NCBI GenBank assembly: GCA_965221775.1
Contig: CBDCSU010000001.1
Span: forward strand, 1 to 37,277
Direction: 5' to 3'
Length of the DNA stretch: 37,277 bases
Origin: Candidatus Latescibacterota bacterium
GTDB taxonomy: Bacteria > Latescibacterota > UBA2968 > UBA8231
In this document: positions 33,701-37,277 of the stretch, one piece after another
Layout of the letters: every line of letters starts with the position of its first letter
Numbering within the stretch: position 1 is the stretch's first letter
Made by a program: the position numbers and the translations under genes
Notes under the pieces: model-generated
Databases searched by the model: none
What the model saw: the letters and a program-made list of their open reading frames with translations, nothing else
What the model was told of the DNA's origin: nothing

Positions 33701-34422
33701 GCGGCGATGAGTCCCGGGTTTCGGGTGTGATCGATGTAGGCGGCCGTCGAGGGGCCGGCGCCGGCCCCGCCCCGATCGGCGCGGGGGTCGTAGCAGCGCA
33801 GGCCGTCGACCTCGACAAAGAACCCCGAGGGCAGGCCGTGGCCGAAGGCGGGCCGGGTGTCGTCGTCGATCCGGAGTCTCAGCTGCGCCCAGGCGACGCC
33901 GGCGCCGACGTGCGCCGCCGTCCAGTCGTGGAAGGCGGCGGTCAGGTCCGGAGACGCGGCCTGCGAGGCCCCGCCGTAGAACGCGCGGCCGTGGACGGCG
34001 CCGGAGTTGAAGGCGGCGTTGCGCTCGGCCGTGGAGCCCGGCAGGGGCTCGTCGAGGGTGGCCTGGCCGTTGCCCGGGCCGTCGCCGGCCCAGGGGACGG
34101 TGAGCAGGTCCGAGTCCAGCCGCAGCCGCCCGAACCCCTCGATCGGGTGGGCCGCCAGCGCCAGGGCCAGGTACACGTCCTGGCGGCCGCCGCGGGGGAT
34201 GTGGGTGTTGCCGTAGCTGATCTGCCCGCCGACCCAGGCGCGCCCGACCACGGCCTGGGCGCCGCGCTCGCCGGCGGCCGACAGGATCAGCGGCCCCGAC
34301 GCCGTCGGCGCCTCCCGCCGCCGGCCGCGGCTGCCGCCCAGGCGGTCCGAGGCGTAGCCCACCGCCAGGGACAGGCCGACGGAGACGCCGACCTCTTTCA
34401 GCACCGGAATCCAGGCGACCAT
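30730..34422 (-). CDS. Tail tip / central fibre (host-specificity J-like) protein with FnIII-like domain, internal repeats and collagen-like C-terminus
   Basis: V.G....G, G..CYDPR, NP.L, IDW.S...AN.CD, L...GD.I and E.A..VY motifs; LTWDPP FnIII-like segment; terminal G-X-Y run. Confidence 0.88.
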   Translation of the reverse strand: MVAWIPVLKEVGVSVGLSLAVGYASDRLGGSRGRRREAPTASGPLILSAAGERGAQAVVGRAWVGGQISYGNTHIPRGGRQDVYLALALAAHPIEGFGRLRLDSDLLTVPWAGDGPGNGQATLDEPLPGSTAERNAAFNSGAVHGRAFYGGASQAASPDLTAAFHDWTAAHVGAGVAWAQLRLRIDDDTRPAFGHGLPSGFFVEVDGLRCYDPRADRGGAGAGPSTAAYIDHTRNPGLIAAQILREEWGLDLGPDRIDWPSVVALANHCDASVPSGLPDGSSFLNRRRFECGAVLDLENTPTREHLDQVLGAALATAVYTGRQWRFVPFQAKTVVAGTWVHEDEVQQISNEPGYTGVQASYGGASLPDGPRQIAPVRNAGAEPGRDLRVDLPAVQEAWRAERIARGLLAAESQRLQVRARTDVRGLRLVAGDAIRISSSRYGWANKTFLVEHAQAAADQGAELLLREDAASVYADPAGADYTAPSTPATPAIAVPPIPAARNLVATAGEEEVLLTWDPPQPETGFDEYVLYESATRDFAAARVKWRGLANSVAIQAPIDEERCYWLRTYRRDVNAYGARIPAGAGQPGTVDWYETDRFGQRLNRGLRVSLARVDANDWTFGAQRIPPPPASSTVLDEQARTVTLTFAPTLTAAEIKALIDAHPQLSADYLGTEDGTGIFEGLTPRSIAFSGGVPPEAACATAVPFGAGPNAAQRPAGAAGGRQWLRARAPTIRELIAHSQGAGGGDAYWVVSALRASPARAEEEDTSTGAPYRDPAVADSGQTTIRVADSVPALELWGYWDGTDGDEDEITLGRSYIRLERLDTLPVGTVSLVEVANDSVQLTIVGFLPVQEGNAPAELARYLLQDDTRVLEDPAAGMPWAVGAISAVPVPGERTYLLKRLLDFPLAQFPAGLARTSALPPTVTANPGGTGLSKLTTLGIGSVSYALPSGGGGGGGVAIPDPANQTAYGIPSIENIPAAAERTYVLRRLLDFPLAQFPAGLARTANIPTGVLLPAITASQSPRVVQVAAGATAPSYALLGNLTRGLGDGDFPAVLARAADIPPAVPAPASQTAYGIPSIQNIPAAAERTYVLRRLLDFPLAQFPAGLARTSALPPTVTANPGGTGLSNLTTLDIGGTAYAITGARGPRGFTGATGPRGATGATGARGPQGIQGPRGPAGTTGATGARGPQGIQGPRGPAGTSVGTHTHSYLQYATSPAPGYRSQTTGVNQ
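30821..30946. repeat. 63-bp perfect tandem duplication in the collagen-like G-X-Y region
   Basis: 30821-30883 is identical to 30884-30946. Confidence 0.9.
31018..31746. repeat. Three internal repeats encoding ERTY.L.RLLDFPLAQFPAGLART with interleaved duplicated linkers
   Basis: Copies start (minus strand) near 31746, 31482 and 31164. Confidence 0.9.
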
Positions 34423-34435
34423 CAGCCGAATTCCC

Positions 34436-34465
34436 TTGACTGGTAAGTTACGGGTGACTTACCAT
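34436..34465 (+). promoter_or_regulatory. Sigma70 promoter overlapped by a palindromic operator
   Basis: TTGACT, 18-bp spacer, TACCAT; inverted repeat TGGTAAGT-N8-ACTTACCA at 34441-34464. Confidence 0.7.
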
Positions 34466-34520
34466 CGTCGCGGCCGCCATGGAGCGGCCCCCTTTTCCCC
34501 CTCCAACGAGGAGACAGCTC

Positions 34521-34748
34521 ATGCCACACCCCCGCCCGTTGAAGCAGTGCGCGAAGGTGAAGGCCGACGGTCACCGTTGCGGCCGGAACCACCGCGGGCT
34601 GTCGGACTACTGCTGGCAGCACGGCGGCCGGACCCCGGCGGGCTCGGGGTTCCGTCAGGAGCCGACGCTGCCGGCCCAGGTCGAGCGCGAGCTGGCCAAG
34701 GTCGGCGTGTTCCGCCGGTCCGCGGCCGCTCACCTGGGGAGGAGCTGA
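34521..34748 (+). CDS. Small zinc-finger protein (C..G.RC...C..HGG)
   Basis: QCAKVKADGHRCGR...YCWQHGG; GAGGAG RBS. Confidence 0.75.
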   Translation: MPHPRPLKQCAKVKADGHRCGRNHRGLSDYCWQHGGRTPAGSGFRQEPTLPAQVERELAKVGVFRRSAAAHLGRS

Positions 34749-34751
34749 GCG

Positions 34752-34982
34752 ATGGACCGTGACCGCTTCAACAGGGTGACCGGCGTCCTGCTGGCCGCCG
34801 GCGGCACCGCCTGCTCGTTCCCCGTCGAGGACTACCTGGCCGCCGTCGACGACCACCTGGACCCGGAGTCGGCCGAGGCGCTGCGCCGTTGCGCGCGGTC
34901 CCTCAACGTCTTCAAGCAGCAGGTCCGCCGCTTCGTCGACGGCCCGCCCCCGTCCACCACTCACCACCCGCAGGAGGACTGA
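34752..34982 (+). CDS. Hypothetical protein
   Basis: GGAG RBS; tightly packed with its neighbours. Confidence 0.7.
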   Translation: MDRDRFNRVTGVLLAAGGTACSFPVEDYLAAVDDHLDPESAEALRRCARSLNVFKQQVRRFVDGPPPSTTHHPQED

Positions 34983-35189
34983 ATGACCAAGCGCCGCGGC
35001 GATCGCCGCCAGCTCACCGTGCAACTGACGACGGGCCAGTACGAATTCCTGGAGCAGGAGGCCCGCAACCACGGCTGCTCCTTGAGCGACGTCGCGCGGG
35101 TCTGCGTCTACGTCGCCGGGTCCCGGCCGGCCCAGGTCAAGAAGGCCCTCGAGTCCCTGCGGACCCCCTCGCCGATCGCCGGCGGGTAG
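34983..35189 (+). CDS. Ribbon-helix-helix (CopG-like) regulator
   Basis: QLTVQLTTGQYEFLEQEA...G.SLSDVAR pattern; GGAGG RBS. Confidence 0.7.
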   Translation: MTKRRGDRRQLTVQLTTGQYEFLEQEARNHGCSLSDVARVCVYVAGSRPAQVKKALESLRTPSPIAGG

Positions 35190-35216
35190 GTCCCGACCCT
35201 TTCCCGAGGAGACACC

Positions 35217-35975
35217 ATGTCCACGCACCAGAACACTCTCATCCCCCCGCCCCTCGACTGCTTCGTAGAGCGGCTCCCGGCCGACGCCGCGTCGGCGCTG
35301 GCCAAGGGCTACCTGGCCGGCGTGAGGCGCTGGACCGAGGGCGACGAGCCGGACAAGACCCTGGCCCGGGCGCGGGCCACGGACGCGGCCGTCGCGGCCT
35401 CGAGGGCCTGGGGCTTCGTCGGCGCGCTGATCGACACGCCGGACCGCGCGAACGGGACGGCCCACCCGGACTCCCCGGCGCACCCCTGCACCCGGGCCGA
35501 CCTGCCGGCGCAGATCCTGGCCGCCGAGTCGGCGGCGTTCCACGCGGCCAAGGCGGCCCGCCTGCTGGCGTCCGGCGAGGGCCTCGGCAGCGGCGCGGTG
35601 CCGCGCGAGCCGTCCGAGCAGGAGCGTCAGGCCCGGGTCGACGCGCTGGCCCCGCGCCTCTACCGCGGGCGCCGGCTGCCGTCCGGTGAGGTCGAGGTCT
35701 GGCGCCCGGACGGGACGCCGCTGCCGCTGAAGCCGTCCCTGGCGCTGCACGAGCACTCGCCGACGGGCTTCGAATGGGGCTACCCCGGATCGGGCCCGGC
35801 GCAGCTGGCCCTGGCCCTGGTCCTGGACGTGACGGGCCTGGCCTACGCCGCGCGGCGGACGTACCAGGCCCTCAAGGACGAGATGGTCGTCGGGTGGGCC
35901 GAGTCCTGGACCCTCGAGCCCGACGAGCTGCTGACCTGGGTCGACGACGAGCTGCACCACCGGCGGGAGGGCTGA
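35217..35975 (+). CDS. Protein with a C-terminal DUF6166-like domain
   Basis: HSPTGFEWGY.GSGPAQLALAL motif; GAGGAG RBS. Confidence 0.8.
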   Translation: MSTHQNTLIPPPLDCFVERLPADAASALAKGYLAGVRRWTEGDEPDKTLARARATDAAVAASRAWGFVGALIDTPDRANGTAHPDSPAHPCTRADLPAQILAAESAAFHAAKAARLLASGEGLGSGAVPREPSEQERQARVDALAPRLYRGRRLPSGEVEVWRPDGTPLPLKPSLALHEHSPTGFEWGYPGSGPAQLALALVLDVTGLAYAARRTYQALKDEMVVGWAESWTLEPDELLTWVDDELHHRREG

Positions 35976-36019
35976 CCCATGGGCATCATCTGGTAGGCGT
36001 CCGCCGCCGGCGTTCCTGG

Positions 36020-36054
36020 AGGCCCTCGGGGTGACGAGCCCCGGGGGCCTTTCT
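36020..36054 (+). terminator. Intrinsic terminator closing the plus-strand cassette
   Basis: AGGCCCTCGGGG/CCCCGGGGGCCT stem followed by TTCT. Confidence 0.65.
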
Positions 36055-36073
36055 GCGTACGGCCCCTCTCCGG

Positions 36074-36204
36074 AGGCCCGGATCTGCGGAAACGGCGCCC
36101 GGGAACCGTCCACGTGCGCGAGATCCCGGGCGGGCCCGTATCCGTAGACCCGGCGCCCCCCGCGGCCCACAGCGGCGCCCTGCGGGCCTCTGACGGGGAA
36201 TCGG
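36074..36204. repeat. 131-bp dispersed direct repeat, copy B
   Basis: Matches copy A at 29036-29166; offset 7038 bp. Confidence 0.9.
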
Positions 36205-36214
36205 CCCATTCCGC

Positions 36215-36829
36215 TCACCCCCGCAATCCTCGGCCCGTGGGGGTTCCGCCGGCGTTCTCGGGGACGTCGCCGGGCAGGATCAGCTCGCGGAAGGTCACGC
36301 GCCGGGTATCGACCTCGACGGACACGTGGGGCATGCGGGCCGCGAAGGCGAAGAAGGGGTCGCCGGGGTGGCGCTGCTGGTGCGAGTCGTCGCTGAAGCG
36401 CCAGCCGGCGGCCCGGTCGAGCCGGGCCAGGGCGGACTCGCAGTGCACGACCTGGCGGGCCCCCTCCTCGTGGGTCCCGATGATCTCGCCGGCCCACAGC
36501 TCGAAGGGGGCGGCCACGGTGCCGCCGTCCTGGTTCAGGCAGGTCAGGTGCAGCTCGGCCGGCTCCCCCTGCCGGTCCGTGGCCCACAGCCGGCGGATGG
36601 AGGCGTCCGCGGCGGTGACCCTCACGTCGAAGCGGGGCGAGCCGGTGCGCAGGGACTCGATGACGGCGCCGACGCCGTCGACCAGGCCGCCGCGCCAGGT
36701 GTGCCCGCCGGCGGACACGTCGCCGGCGACGGCGGCCAGGCGCAGGGTGCCGAGCCGGATCAGCATCACCGGCTCGACGGTGTCGTCGGTGAGGGCGGCG
36801 AGGATGGCGGCGGGGATGGTCCGCGGCAT
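36215..36829 (-). CDS. Minor tail / baseplate hub-like protein
   Basis: ATG 36829, MPRTIPAAILAAL...; G.TW.G.G and SD..HQ.RHPGD.FF.F motifs seen in post-Dit tail proteins. Confidence 0.75.
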   Translation of the reverse strand: MPRTIPAAILAALTDDTVEPVMLIRLGTLRLAAVAGDVSAGGHTWRGGLVDGVGAVIESLRTGSPRFDVRVTAADASIRRLWATDRQGEPAELHLTCLNQDGGTVAAPFELWAGEIIGTHEEGARQVVHCESALARLDRAAGWRFSDDSHQQRHPGDPFFAFAARMPHVSVEVDTRRVTFRELILPGDVPENAGGTPTGRGLRG

Positions 36830-36830
36830 T

Positions 36831-37277
36831 TCAGATACCGACGTCCTGGAGCAGCTCGACGCGGGCCTCGGCGCGGCGGCCGCGCAGGTCGGTGACGGAG
36901 CTGTTCTGCAGCAGCCAGGTCCCGGCCGGGGCGGTGAGGTCGACCACGGCGTTGTCGCGGATCCCGGACGCAGGACCGGCGGGTAGCAGGCGATGGCGCC
37001 GGTGGCGCCGCCGGCGTTCGACGAGACGGCCCCGGCGGTCACGCGGTAGAGGAACCCGCCGATCTCGAGCTGATCGCCTTGGCGCAGCACGGTCCTCGAG
37101 CCCGGCCAACCGTCCAGCGCCGCGATCCGCCGGGCGCCGGCGGCCGTGGCGCCGCGGGCCCGGATCGAGCGCCCGGCCGCGGCGGCCGCCTCGGCGTTGC
37201 CGGGATGAGCCGGGTCGGCCATGCGGATCCGGTCGCCGGCGTTGATCCCGTCCAGGAACCCGGCCAGGGTGCGGCGG
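36831..37277 (-). CDS. Distal tail protein-like gene (3' part) with an apparent 1-nt frameshift near 36965
   Basis: Frame 1 reads RRTLAGFLDGINAGDRIRMADP...GDQLEIGG...YPPVLR; frame 2 continues GIRDNAVVDLTAPAGTWLL...ELLQDVGI to the stop. Confidence 0.6.
   Translation of the reverse strand, partial: PPHPGRVPGRDQRRRPDPHGRPGSSRQRRGGRRGRALDPGPRRHGRRRPADRGAGRLAGLEDRAAPRRSARDRRVPLPRDRRGRLVERRRRHRRHRLLPAGPASGIRDNAVVDLTAPAGTWLLQNSSVTDLRGRRAEARVELLQDVGI

Larger units (their letters stand above)
1..37277. mobile_element. Near-complete tailed phage genome (HK97-like head, non-contractile tail), possibly extrachromosomal / circularly permuted
   Basis: TerL, TerS, portal, protease, HK97-type capsid, head-tail and tail genes are all present. 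No host housekeeping genes. The window ends fall in the TMP and Dit-like genes. Confidence 0.93.

Noticed and set aside
29036-36204. 131-bp repeat pair as a DGR template/variable repeat
   Set aside because: Mismatches are not adenine-specific, neither copy is at the 3' end of a target gene, and no reverse transcriptase is present.
1-37277. tRNA/rRNA genes, host genes, attL/attR, CI-type repressor
   Set aside because: None recognisable by eye; tRNAscan and HMM searches would be needed to exclude them formally.

Overview
The window is almost entirely a very GC-rich, tailed (HK97-fold, siphovirus-like) phage genome with no recognisable host genes. It starts inside the tape-measure gene and ends inside a distal-tail-like gene. 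These two are normally neighbours, so the window is probably most of a circular or permuted genome. The minus strand carries the virion and packaging genes (HNH, TerL, portal, TerS, head closure, tail completion, two tube-like genes, TAC with a -1 frameshift, Clp protease, capsid, adaptor, fibres, tail tip) in an unusually scrambled order. Two plus-strand blocks (16.5-23.9 kb, 34.5-36.0 kb) carry small regulators, zinc-finger proteins, a pentapeptide-repeat protein and a Cre-like tyrosine recombinase. The most striking element is an oriC-like cluster of DnaA boxes (12376-12652) in a genome where I recognise no initiator, helicase, primase, polymerase or CI-type repressor, which suggests a host-DnaA-driven phage-plasmid. 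Other oddities are a ~95-aa module shared by three different proteins, an RcGTA-like head-spike base plus a mini spike peptide, a CAP-domain lipoprotein, an MltF-like transglycosylase, a truncated IS1595 DNA-binding domain coupled to the HNH gene, and several repeat families. All family calls come from motif recognition by eye; no database search was run.
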